From positions 32,479,085-32,511,187 of the forward strand of contig NC_068993.1 in the NCBI RefSeq assembly GCF_001194135.2: 32,103 bases of DNA. Reading direction: 5' to 3'. The notes beneath the pieces are model-generated. The model was not told where the DNA came from. It saw only the letters and a list, made by a program, of their open reading frames with translations, and searched no databases. Shown piece by piece: positions 20,731-32,103 of this stretch. Within the stretch, counting starts at the first letter, position 1; each line of letters begins with the position of its first letter. The stretch is from Octopus bimaculoides (Eukaryota). A program made the position numbers and the translations under genes.

Positions 20731-23425
20731 TCTTTCTTTATTGACCACCAGAGCCGAACACAAAACATAGACGATGATACACAGACGAAGGACAGTGAGG
20801 TTAAACGTGTAAACAGCCAACAAACACCACGATTAACAAAGAGATTAAATCAACAACATGCCTCCGCAATTGGAGGAGAGTTTCACTGAAAGGTGGCCAA
20901 AGAGACCTCACGCACTTTGGACTCCTTAACACCAAAGACTCCTCAGGAAGGCACTCTCTCTTCTTCCTTCTATCTGGCCTACAGGCCCACTTAGAGCAAA
21001 CCCATTCACGCGGGTCATTCTTGCCACATTCAACCACCTTTCAACGAACTTACTGGGTGACAGTACATCCCACTCTAACAGCAATTTCCTTTTCAGGTGG
21101 AACCTGAAAAAGTCAATGAAGCCTTGGCCCAGGAGGAAGGTACCTGTCTTCAACCCTTTCAATCGTGTCCACCACACACTCTCTTTTGCCATAGCCGCCA
21201 CACAGAGAAAAATTGCCCTCCCTTCCCGGCCAAAGGAAGGAGGCAGGGCGATCTTCACAATGGACTCAGACGATAGCCGGATCCGTCCTACACGTAACAA
21301 TAACTGTTCGACAAAGCTCCACAAGTCAGCAATACACGGACATTGCATGAGAGCATGCAGAACGGTTTCATCGTTCCGCGTGCATCTCGGACAAGCCCGA
21401 CTGACTGTACACCCATACCTGTAGAGCTTATCTCGAACCAGTAGTACCCCCCCCCCAGTAGCACTACGACTCCCAGGACCTCTCTGAATACGTCGTCAGT
21501 CTTGGCCTCCACTAATCCCCTATAGAACTCCATGGTGGAACTTCCACCGACTGCATTGCCCGACACACCGGGGATTGTGAGCGCTTGGAGACACTCTAGG
21601 TGCCAAGCACCCTGCCTCGGTCTACGCCTGATCCAGGACTGATGCTCCGTCAACAGGACGAGCAGTGGAAAGCGCGTTCAACAAATAATGGCGACCACAC
21701 CTGCTCACCGTTAAGGTATCGCTAGAGATATCACAGCCTCAGCGCATGTCTGCGCATCCTCAGCCACAGCATGCCCAGTCCTCCACGCAACGGGTACTGA
21801 TAGCAAATGGACCGTCTGACAAGTGGTACCTGACGACAGTCAGGCGGTAGTATATGTCGGCTGCGATGTACGTATTCGCCACCTCTGCCCGATCTTTCAG
21901 CAACAGCCTCCTCTCGACCAATTTCTGGGTGAGACTGACCACCCTGTCTGTCATCTCACCCCAGTTCTTGTCGACTTTGAGATCCGGACCGAACCAAACT
22001 CCGAGCAACTTAACAGGTCTTTCCGTCCAGCGCCCCACAATGCTGTCGGTTGACATGAGCCTGCCTCACCAGGTGCCGAGCTGCAGGCCCACTGACTTCT
22101 CCTGGTTGATCATTGCTCCTATCACCACTTCGTAATCCCTTTGGGTAGTGTCGACATCTCGATTTCCAAGATGTCCTACACTATCATGGTGACGTCGTCC
22201 GCATACGCCGACACGAACCTTCTGCATCCCAGTTCACGCGGGATGCCCCTCAAAACCTCCAGCTTCCGCAGTAATGGCTCGAGTGCCAGTACATAGATAA
22301 GGGGTAAGAGTGGACATCCTTGACGGACAAAACGTGCGATACTAAACGATTCCGAGAGGTGACCATTCACTTTGACCACCGAACAGATGTCGCTGCACAT
22401 TGCAGTGATCCAGCCTCTGAAAATGGGACTGAAACCAGCCGCTTTGACCCTATCAAAAGCTTTCGATTGATCCAAATTCTAAATGGATCAGAGCCCCACC
22501 CATGCCAGGTTCTTTACCAACATTCTCTATGGTGTATTGCGTGAGGTGAAGGTTGTTGTATATAGTCCTGCTGGGGATAGCGCAAGTCTGTGCATCACCC
22601 ACCAGTCTGTCAGTGACAAACGCCAACCCCTGTGCTAATGCCTTGGCCATACGTTTTTAATCTGTATTAAGCAGAGTTACCGGTCTACAGTTAACAGCAA
22701 TGTCCCCATTGGTCGGATCCTTTCTCAGTAGCGTCACCACACCTCGGCTCGCAGATCCGGGTATTCTCCCATTCTGCTGCCATTTGCGGTAGAGGTTTCT
22801 CAAAAGCTCGCCAAACAAGTCTAGCATATGTCTATAACGCTCGAAGGGCAGACCATCCAATCCCGGAGACCTCTCTCTCGTGCAACTAGCCAACGTGTCA
22901 TGTATATCTTCAACTGTTATCGGCATTTCGCAGAATTCCACGTCCCTGACCAAAAGCCGCAGCATACCATCGCGGTAGGAAGTGAAGTTCCTCTCCACCT
23001 CCGTGACACCGCGCGGGCCGTATAGTTCAGCAAAGTGCTACTGAAATTCTGCACAAGTCTGCTTCGACTTGTCTAGCATGCGCCCGTCCCGACCTCTGAA
23101 AGACCAAATTGTAGTTTTATTACCACGTTGCGCCTCGGCCACCCGTGCCCATCAAACGGCTTTCGTTCCCTCCTGCTTTAGAGCACGTGCTCTAGCTCTG
23201 ACGAAGCAACCTTCATGCTTGGTGTTGAAGAATTGGTTCAGAACTCATCTCGCTGCCAGCACGTCCGTCGCTACGATTCTACTGAGTACCTCTTCTAATT
23301 CTCTAACTAGGTCTCCCTCTACTCTAGTCTTCTCTATTCTCTAGTCCACTGTTAGCTAGTTCTCTAGTTCTCTGCTAAATTCTGCAGCTTCTACTCTAAA
23401 CGCCTGTATTTTTTTCGTCCTCTTT
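20731..23425 (-). mobile_element. L1-clade (Tx1-like) LINE, 5'-truncated ORF2 (linker, RT, CCHC), decayed by stops and frameshifts
   Basis: RT motifs SPGLDGLP, CRPVTLLNTD, DQSKAFDRV, VRQGCPL.PL.YVLALEPL, AYADDVT and LLGVWFG. Knuckle CPRCTRNDETVLHALMQC. AATAAA then an (ATT)n tail. No APE domain is retained. Confidence 0.93.
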
Positions 23426-23840
23426 CATGATGGGTCGATCAGTAAGCAACTTCGCTTTTCCTTATCTATGATTGTTATGTCCGGTCTGTTATCTTCCAAC
23501 TTCTTGTCTGTTTGAATAGGAAAATCCCACAAAATCTTACAATTCTCTGACTCAAGTATTCTTTCGACTTGAGGACTGTACCATGTGTTTCCAGCTTCAA
23601 ATCCCCATTTCTGGCACAGTTTCTAGTGTAAAACTTTCACAACCTGGTCGTGCCTCTATTTCTTATATTTTTCCTGTGCCAACTTGGGGCATTCTGCCAC
23701 AATGTATGCCACTATCTCGTTCCAAGTTCCACAGGCTCTATATTTTTCTTACACATTCTCTCCATAGATATTTTTTCTCAAGTTGTTTGTTTCTATCGCT
23801 TGATCTTAGGCTGCTACAATTAAGCAGTTTCTTTTTCTAA
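23426..23840 (-). mobile_element. R4/Dong-clade internal fragment (knuckle + N-terminal half of RLE)
   Basis: Minus strand LIVAA*DQAIETN...RACGTWNEIVAYIVAECPKLAQ...RHDQV...KLCQKWG...NTWYS...ILWDFPIQTDKKLEDNRPDITIIDKEKRSCLLIDPS. Confidence 0.88.
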
Positions 23841-23854
23841 TTGCTTATTATCAT

Positions 23855-24219
23855 TATTACTTCTACCTTAGCGAAGACGGGGGTATTGTTTCAGTCGTAT
23901 TTGCTAGCTAGTTCGTGGACAAGATATCTCAAGACCTGCTGGATGGATACGGATGAAATTTTCAGGGATGTTTGGCTTCGTGACTGGCACGAACTGATTA
24001 GATTTTGGGATCGATCCGGTACCGGACAAAGATTCTGGATTATTTTCCTTGTTCTTTTACTTAATTTTTGAGAGCGGTCGGGTTCATTTTTAGTATTCTC
24101 GTTTGTGAGAGCAGTCGAGTTTATTTCAGATCGTCTCATTTTAAAAATCATCTCTGGCTAATCGTTGAGAGGACGTTGGTGTTGCCTTGACGGAGGTTTG
24201 CGCTCTGAGTGCTCTTGTT
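23855..24219 (+). mobile_element. Helentron-associated non-autonomous element (HINE/DINE-1-like)
   Basis: 5' degenerate ACTTCTACC-TTAGCGAA-GACGGGGGT hairpin, subterminal GCCTTGACGGAGGT (24184-24197), 3' hairpin GCGCTC-T-GAGTGC, end TCTTGTT, TT-rich flanks. Internal GGATGAAATTTTCAGG and GATTAGATTTTGG motifs are recalled from this element class. Confidence 0.7.
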
Positions 24220-24229
24220 ATTATTATCG

Positions 24230-24267
<38 letters not shown>

Positions 24268-24400
24268 AAGGTGGTGAGCTGAGTTCAAATTCCGCTGAGG
24301 TGGACTTTGCCTTTCATCAGTTCGGTGTCGCTAAAATAAGCACCAGTTAAACCTCCCCACTCAAATATCAGGCCTTGTGCTTATAGTAGAAAAGATTATT
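24268..24400 (+). mobile_element. SINE family B with internal deletions
   Basis: AAGGTGGTGAGCTG/AGTTCAAATTCCGCTGAGGTGGACTTTGCCTTTCATC...GGCCTTGTGCTTATAGTAGAAAAG-(ATT)n. Confidence 0.85.
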
Positions 24401-24409
24401 ATTATCATT

Positions 24410-24448
<39 letters not shown>

Positions 24449-24488
24449 GCTGCTGCTGCTGTTCTTGTTGTTGTTGTTGTTGTTGTTG

Positions 24489-24526
<38 letters not shown>

Positions 24527-24529
<3 letters not shown>

Positions 24530-24634
24530 TAGTTTTATTTTTATAACGTGCTTTCACTTCACTACCGAGCGCAGCTCTGTGCGCCTTGGGTATGTGCTGT
24601 GGTTTGCTGTGGTGCTCTTATGTTTACTGTATTG

Positions 24635-24640
<6 letters not shown>
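24527..24640 (-). mobile_element. R4/Dong 3' end (last codons + 3' UTR)
   Basis: Minus strand CACTTTCAATACAGTAAACATAAGAGCACC matches 10740-10770 (CACTGTCAATACAGTGAAAATAAGAGTACC). (ATT)n runs lie on both sides. Confidence 0.8.
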
Positions 24641-24719
<79 letters not shown>

Positions 24720-24899
24720 TGAGCTTTTTGAATTCTATTTCTTGAGTTACGCGTTACCGATTATCATTTAAATGTGAAACTCGAAGTTTCAACTCGAGAC
24801 ATCTCAACTAACCTCTAATAAACTACACACTCTCTACACTATGAAATACATACATAAGTGTGTACATACATACATACATACATACATACATACACTTAC

Positions 24900-25105
24900 A
24901 GATGAAGTTGATTATTTTGAGACCGATGAGAATATTGGTGGAACTTAAAATTAAAACAGCCACTAAGTTAAAACACAACCAGCCAGATGTTGTGTTGGAC
25001 CACAAGGAAAACATTTGTTCTGTTGTAAAAATCAACTGCCCACTGGACACCAATGTAGTTTGAAAACAGCAAGAGAAAGAGGACATCTATGGGCCACTAA
25101 TAAAG
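24900..25105 (+). mobile_element. RLE-domain fragment of an R4/Dong-like LINE
   Basis: LKIKTATKLKHNQPDVVLDHKENICSVVKINCPLDTNVV*KQQEKEDIYGPLIK is a decayed PD..(E)..K RLE motif. Confidence 0.75.
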
Positions 25106-25134
25106 AGTGTGTGTATCTTTGTGTATGTGTTTAT

Positions 25135-25265
25135 ACCCCATCACCGCTTCACAACCTGTGTTTATGTCTCCGTTACATAGTGGTTCGACAGAATGAACCG
25201 ATAGAATATGTACCTGGCTTTAAAAAAAAAGTTCCGGGGCTCGATTTGTTCGACTAAAACCCTTC
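25135..25265 (+). mobile_element. SINE family A, 3' half fragment
   Basis: CACCGCTTCACAACC...GAACCGATAGAATATGTACCTGGCTT...GATTTGTTCGACTAAA, preceded by a TG-rich tract. Confidence 0.75.
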
Positions 25266-25479
25266 CATTGTTTATGTTGTTGTTCCCGCTGTTGTTACTG
25301 CTTCTGTTTGAAGGTGTAGTACATTTACTCAATTCACTTTATATCGACCCGTGGTAACACATGTTGCTGTTGTTGTTGTTTTATTACTGTTGTTGATGTT
25401 GTTCTTATGGTCTCTTATTCACTCGTGGTTCAATTAACAATAATTAAGTGCCAATATTACAGTAAATATCGGAGCACTT

Positions 25480-26280
25480 AGTATTGTTGTTATTATTGTT
25501 AATGTTGTCACCGTTGCTGTTGTTGTTGTTGTTGTTGGTGGTGATGGTAGTGGTGGTGATGGTAGTTTGTGGTGGTAATGGCAGTTGTGGTAATGATGAC
25601 GTGACGACGACGGTAGTTTTGATGCTGGTAATAGTGATGGTGTTGCTGGTGGTATTGGCGGTGGTGGTGCTGGTGCTGGTGGTGGTGGTGGTGGTGGCNN
25701 NNNNNNNNNNNNNNNNNNNNNNNNNNNNNNNNNNNNNNNNNNNNNNNNNNNNNNNNNNNNNNNNNNNNNNNNNNNNNNNNNNNNNNNNNNNNNNNNNNNN
25801 NNNNNNNNNNNNNNNNNNNNNNNNNNNNNNNNNNNNNNNNNNNNNNNNNNNNNNNNNNNNNNNNNNNNNNNNNNNNNNNNNNNNNNNNNNNNNNNNNNNN
25901 NNNNNNNNNNNNNNNNNNNNNNNNNNNNNNNNNNNNNNNNNNNNNNNNNNNNNNAACGTCCGTCGGTAATTGGTTTGGACACTAATTACTGTCCGGCCGA
26001 TAATAATCTGGAACTGTTCATCTCAGTCTAGAAACACAACACTAACTTCACCAACGCCGCTCCCATCACAGCTACCACCCAACGCTACCGCTATCACCGT
26101 CATCTTCATTATCATCATCAGCAGCAACAGCACTGAAACTCTTTCTATCTCGGTCTTGTATGGCTGAATAAAATACAACTACCAACAACAATCGTTAATT
26201 CTATGGTGATCATTATCATCATTAACAGCACTACACTCTGTTAGCCATCCACCACCCCACCCCGATCCAATACACAAACG
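25480..26280. repeat. Degenerate trinucleotide low-complexity region around gap 25699-25954
   Basis: (GTT)/(GGT) runs left of the gap and (CAT/CAC/AAC) runs right of it. Confidence 0.75.
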
Positions 26281-26364
26281 CAAGCATACACATACACAAA
26301 TACATACACGCGCTTTGGCACACATTCATATATAAATGCACACAAAAATACATATATATATATA

Positions 26365-26406
26365 TGACCGCAGCCACTTGACTGAAACACATAAATAAAT
26401 AAATAA

Positions 26407-26408
<2 letters not shown>
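26365..26408 (+). mobile_element. SINE family A-like 3' tail fragment
   Basis: GACCGCAGCCACTTGACTGAAACAC-(ATAA)n; partner of 8161-8209. Confidence 0.6.
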
Positions 26409-26448
<40 letters not shown>

Positions 26449-27209
26449 NNNNNNNNNNNNNNNNNNNNNNNNNNNNNNNNNNNNNNNNNNNNNNNNNNNN
26501 NNNNNNNNNNNNNNNNNNNNNNNNNNNNNNNNNNNNNNNNNNNNNNNNNNNNNNNNNNNNNNNNNNNNNNNNNNNNNNNNNNNNNNNNNNNNNNNNNNNN
26601 NNNNNNNNNNNNNNNNNNNNNNNNNNNNNNNNNNNNNNNNNNNNNNNNNNNNNNNNNNNNNNNNNNNNNNNNNNNNNNNNNNNNNNNNNNNNNNNNNNNN
26701 NNNNNNNNNNNNNNNNNNNNNNNNNNNNNNNNNNNNNNNNNNNNNNNNNNNNNNNNNNNNNNNNNNNNNNNNNNNNNNNNNNNNNNNNNNNNNNNNNNNN
26801 NNNNNNNNNNNNNNNNNNNNNNNNNNNNNNNNNNNNNNNNNNNNNNNNNNNNNNNNNNNNNNNNNNNNNNNNNNNNNNNNNNNNNNNNNNNNNNNNNNNN
26901 NNNNNNNNNNNNNNNNNNNNNNNNNNNNNNNNNNNNNNNNNNNNNNNNNNNNNNNNNNNNNNNNNNNNNNNNNNNNNNNNNNNNNNNNNNNNNNNNNNNN
27001 NNNNNNNNNNNNNNNNNNNNNNNNNNNNNNNNNNNNNNNNNNNNNNNNNNNNNNNNNNNNNNNNNNNNNNNNNNNNNNNNNNNNNNNNNNNNNNNNNNNN
27101 NNNNNNNNNNNNNNNNNNNNNNNNNNNNNNNNNNNNNNNNNNNNNNNNNNNNNNNNNNNNNNNNNNNNNNNNNNNNNNNNNNNNNNNNNNNNNNNNNNNN
27201 NNNNNNNNN
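26449..27209. other. Largest assembly gap. Others: 692-847, 5795-5804, 7254-7607, 8094-8146, 11995-12250, 15287-15747, 18440-18459, 25699-25954
   Basis: N runs, most bordered by microsatellites. Confidence 0.98.
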
Positions 27210-27504
27210 GTATTTTATGGTTTGCCACTCTTGGTTAGTTGCTGGAGTTTTCTTTTTATTAAAGAGGGAAGGATTGTTCTAGGAACCATTAAAACTAGCA
27301 ACGAAATATTGATAATAAAGAATTGTGCCATTTACATGTCAAGTGAACGTCAGAACATGTATATTTGAGGATATTTATATATGGATAGGCATAAATGTGA
27401 ATGCGTGGGAGTGGGCCAGTGCCGCCGCTCTTGTGTGTGTATGTGTATGTGTGTTTGTGTGTGCGTGCGTGCGTGTGTGTGTGTGTGTGTGTGTGCGTGT
27501 GTAC

Positions 27505-29060
27505 AAAAAGATCTTCAATCGTTCTGTTCCAAGTTCTAGAATGAAAAGAGAGATTTCAAGCTTAAAGCATCATGGCTAAATACAGTTAGGTAAGAATAGT
27601 GTATGAACATCGACAGAAAAACATACACAATTGACCCCGAAACTCTCACTCTAGCTGTAGGCAAACTGCATAATGAGAAGACACCTGGGAGAGACTTAAG
27701 AGTTGGAGACAGGTGCAAGAGGCTGACTTTTTTACAAAATTTCATTTATATGTATATTCAACTGGACTATGACGACAGGATTGAAATACCAAATTGGCTG
27801 GCTATAGCACGGACGAACCTTGTAGCCAAGAATGAAATCACCGAGTTTGGAGAAAGTTAGAGATCAGTTGCCTGCCTAAACATTATGTACCAACTGTAAA
27901 TAAGTGACCTCAATCCAGGATCTTTGTGAACAACATTGTGACTGAGTAGGCAAGTGGAAACAAAGATATATGGGGATGCGCCTAACAACTTAACAACTTC
28001 CGATAATTTACGTTGTTTATCAGAAGTAGTTTATCTGCAAAAACCTTGTGACAGTAATAGCTTGATTATAGGAAAGCATTTGACTCTATTTCCCACTCAT
28101 GGCTGCTGCAATCTTTACCTGCTCCCTTAGTTGCACCATTGAGTGAAGATGAAGAATCAATCTCCGAAACAGAAAACATGTACATCATCGACCATTCTAT
28201 CTCCACTTTTCCACACAGAGAATGCTACAAATACATTGATGAAAACATATCATATGAAGATGTTGTGAATAAAGACAGAGTGACCCCAGAATATTACCCC
28301 AGACTTAAAAAAATATGGCAGTCAAAACTCCCTTCTTGCAGCAAGACAATATCGCACAATGCATTTTCAGTACCAGTGCTGATTCCAGCAATTGGGATAC
28401 TTGACTGGTCTGTTAAGAAAATCAACTCCAAAGACATTAAAACCTTTAAGATCCTTTCATCAACTGGAAACTTCCACAGTAACAGTGATATCGACCGGCT
28501 CTACCTCAGAAGAGATGAAGGAGATAGAGGCTCGAGATCAGTGCAGACAGCCTTCGAATGACGGCACCTGCTAAACAGTAACACAAATAAATACATAAAC
28601 TTAGTGTTGAAAAGCGCAAAGTAACAACGTCCAATGTCGGCAGTGAGGTCCTTAGGAAGCACTCCTTTCCAGTTAATCCCACCCCCATACAACCGCAGAG
28701 CAGCTGGACTAACATACCTCAAAGACCTGGATATGAAACGCTCACCATACCAAAAAAAGATTATGCATAAGAATGTTTCCCGAAGACAGTAACATCGACA
28801 CAAAGCACAGCCTCTCTTGGACTCGTGTCCACTATAACACATCACATTTCGAAGACTAGAATTTGTAATGCGAGAGCGAGAGATTTTTACAAAATACATA
28901 ACAAAAGAGATAGTGAAGTCTTTGGAGCACCAAGATGCAACTGAAAATGTAGAATGTGTCATATTTTCGTGGATGATATCACACATTTGATTAGCAGCTG
29001 CCTAAAAATGTCATCAATGTACATGTCTGCACTAATATGCATGCTGTGCATTATACAGAA
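27505..29060 (+). mobile_element. R4/Dong-like LINE, decayed RT + zinc knuckle with internal deletion
   Basis: KLHNEKTPGRD, IPNWLAIART.L..KNE, SVACLNIMY, YKYIDENISYE...LKKIWQSKL...HNAFSVPVL...LDW...DIKTFKIL...FHSNSDIDRLYL.RDEGDRG, and KCRMCHIFVDDITHLISSC. The YADD core appears to be missing (deleted at about 28000-28220). Confidence 0.85.
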
Positions 29061-29341
29061 AGTATATAAAAGTATATGTAAAAAGTATAATAGAATATAA
29101 CATAAATGAATTCACTAGACATCTGGAGATATAAAGATTAAACCATGAGATAGCGTTGTAAAGACCTCAGAATATTTAGTATCTAAATGAACTGTAATGA
29201 AACCAAAGTAATACTCACACCTACATAGAAGCATACACATACCTAAATATTACCAAGACACATACATATATATGCACTCAATATGAATGGAAATACTCAT
29301 GCATATGTGTCTATACATATGTATATGTATTTTTATGCATA

Positions 29342-29910
29342 CAGTAATGGCTCGATATACGAGTTAATGTATCCCCGGAGATCGTTCGTAAAGCGAAAAT
29401 TCATAAAGCAGAGCAATAATTTATCATAGTAGTAATGTTATAAATCGTTATTCGTTTCCAGAAAATATTTTACCTCTAAAATTTATAAAACTCATAAATA
29501 AACGGCAATAAAACAACAGTAGAATGTAAAGAATATTTTAAGTAAAGTAAAAAGAATGTCAAAATCATTTATAATAATAAAAAATATTATTATTTTAATC
29601 GTTTTCTGAATCACTTTCACTCGTGCAACACTCGTGCACACCATCACTTGTAGACGTGATCGCCGATTCACAAGCACTCGTAGACGGACTTGTAGATGTC
29701 TTTTAAAACTCAAGTCTAGAGTTGTTTGCTAAGAAGCTTTTTTTTTTTTTTGCTCTCTCTAAATTTCTCGGTAACACGCAGATACATTTGTTATGGTAGT
29801 AGAAACTTTTGAATTTCGTTCAAAATTTGGATCTTGTGCTTGAAAAATAAAACTCGCAAACCCGGGGTCTCGTAAAGCGGGTCCTCGTACTTTATAACGA
29901 GTGAATTTTG
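29342..29910. mobile_element. pogo/Tigger-like non-autonomous DNA transposon
   Basis: TA|CAGTAATGGCTCGATATACGAG left end. Degenerate right end TTATAACGAGTGAATTTTG|TA (about 14/21 match by hand including the TA). TCGTAAAGCG occurs near both ends (29386 and 29870). Confidence 0.55.
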
Positions 29911-31099
29911 TATGTATACTCAGAGTTGAAGTATTGGTGTAACCATGATGTTCTAGTGATCTGATGGGCCAACTTTCTTCATCTGCACTGCTTTGTAAAT
30001 TTACAATTGTATTGTATATAGCGTAGTGCAAACATGTAAAATAATTTACTATACATTGAAATTATTGTTACATGATGAAAGCTACGAAATGACCGTAATC
30101 CTAATGACAAATGGTTAAATAAATATATTAACTACTTATACCTCCTGACTTTTTATGGTTTATATCCTCCTCGCAGAATAATTTCATTGATTTGATCTCC
30201 TGGATTTCAGGATACTCTACTGTATTGGATTACTCTGTGGTCTGCCAACCAGGTCCATAAGAGGAGCTTTTTGTGATAACCACACGATTCTATGGATTCA
30301 TATGTTAGACTACAAATTTATATATACATGTACATAGACACTCACGCACAAACGCTTACACACATTCACACACATACTTATAGTATTCATTTGTAATGAA
30401 TCAAGTACCGCTAGTTTTTACTCTCCACTTTACATTTCGTTTTTTGTGTTTTTTATTCTAGATTCCTTTTTCCCCACCTTACACACCCACTGTGTTAGTG
30501 TATCATAATTATACGCGCGAGAACAAGCAGCTCTTATCATCTCTGCGTAATTGTTATTACGCTAATTATTTTGCTTTGTGTGTGTTTTTCATTATTATCT
30601 AAACTTAAAATAATGTATGTATATACATGCATAAACATATAAATAACTAACGACAAAATGGCGCCTAGTGGGTTGGTCGGGCCGATACTCAGTAGATTTG
30701 TGAACTTGTAATATAAACGATATTAAATTGGGTAACATCTACACGACTTAATTGACTGAGAAATTATCTTCACTAGTGGCTGCTGTCACACGTAACGTTT
30801 TTAAGTTCTAGTTGCGTTTCACTGTTAGAAACAGACAGATGGGCATATGGAAAGAAAGTATAAAAACAGTGAAAGAATGAGGCGGGAAGATTGCTAAACA
30901 ATATTAATAAGCGAACGACAGATGATGTCTTGGGACTGCTGACTAGAAATGGCAGATATACTGGAAAGGAAATAACAAACATGACAGAGTGTTCAGCTAT
31001 CTGTTGTAACATGCTTGAAAAAACAATCAGATAAAGAATCGCCTGCTTTATGTAATTGTGAAATCATGTGTAAATGCATATATGGAAAGTGTGTATCTG

Positions 31100-31262
31100 C
31101 CTATGTGTGTGCCTGTTTATGTGTGTGTGTGTCTGTGTGTCAAACAGTGAGATCTCACATTTAAGTGAATGTGAGGACGTGTACGCATGTATGTTTATGC
31201 GTATATCAGTCACACACGCGTACAAGCACGCACGCGCACTCACACCCATATATATATATATG

Positions 31263-31327
<65 letters not shown>

Positions 31328-31651
31328 TACACACACATACATAACGATTCCAGCTGATAAACGCATTATATATATATATATATATATATATAATGCATGT
31401 CTGTATATATATACACATATACATATATTATGTATGTATATATTGCATTTGGTTGAACTGAATATGTACTTGTACATATATACACATGAACATATATAAG
31501 GTTAATATGCATGTATACATGTATATACATATGCATTATACATGCGTTCGTGCGTTATGTGTATAGATAGATGGACCGACAGACATAACATTTCACATAC
31601 ATGTAAATATATGTGTGTGTGTGTATGTATGTATGTATGTATGTATGTATG

Positions 31652-31685
<34 letters not shown>

Positions 31686-32063
31686 TGTATGTATGTATGC
31701 ATGTATGTATGTACAGATTATCTGTATAATTATTCGCAATTATGCTGTTTCAGTGAAATTGACAATATTTGTGCGTGTCTATGTTTCCTACGCCGCGATC
31801 AATTTACGTAGTTATATACACTATATATATTATACGTATATACATTAAGTATGTCTGCATACACGTTATATACAGAAATATACGCATTCATGTATATATT
31901 TATATAAAGGTTGATATGTTGTATGTATTATGTATGTGTGTGGGTGTGTGTGTGCGTGCAGACATGCATACAATATCCGAACATATATATATTTGACAGG
32001 AAGGACATACAATATACAAATATATATATATATGCATAACATACAAACATATATATATATATG

Positions 32064-32103
<40 letters not shown>
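31100..32103. repeat. Compound (TA)n/(TG)n/(TATG)n microsatellite field
   Basis: Directly visible, including a long (TATG)n at about 31623-31710. Confidence 0.9.

Noticed and set aside
20731-23425. Active LINE or domesticated RT gene
   Set aside because: Multiple stops, frameshifts and internal deletions (e.g. after DQSKAFDRV); APE and ORF1 are absent.
25445-25480. Small imperfect hairpin TAAGTGC...GCACTTA
   Set aside because: Short, bulged and compatible with chance in AT-rich DNA.
30140-30300. Possible exon after CCTCCTCGCAG (NNFIDLISWISGYSTVLDYSVVCQPG)
   Set aside because: Weak donor, early stop and no recognisable homology.
30653-30680. CAAAATGGCGCC YY1-like motif / GCGCCTAGTGG CTCF-like motif
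   Set aside because: Single short motif with imperfect CTCF spacing; the ATG opens only a 17-codon frame; no other promoter evidence.

Overview
Repeat-saturated, AT-rich eukaryotic DNA with 9 N-gaps (about 2.3 kb in total). I recognise no host protein-coding gene, structural RNA gene or CRISPR array. The SINE families and microsatellite density resemble Octopus genomic DNA (from recall, not verified by search). The content is decayed mobile DNA: at least 5 fragments of R4/Dong-type non-LTR retrotransposons (restriction-like endonuclease, RLE), 4 pieces of an L1/Tx1-type LINE (one about 2.7 kb with the RT domain), three SINE-like families (about 20 pieces), a palindromic Tc1/mariner derivative, a pogo/Tigger-like element and a Helentron-type non-autonomous element. 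The most notable pattern is that (AAT)n/(ATT)n microsatellites act as a shared landing pad: Dong pieces lie with AAT on their sense strand, while Tx1 pieces and one SINE family lie with ATT on theirs. Nearly all ORF-track entries are microsatellite or N-run artefacts. Family assignments come from hand translation and motif recall, and boundaries are approximate (about +/-10-20 bp).
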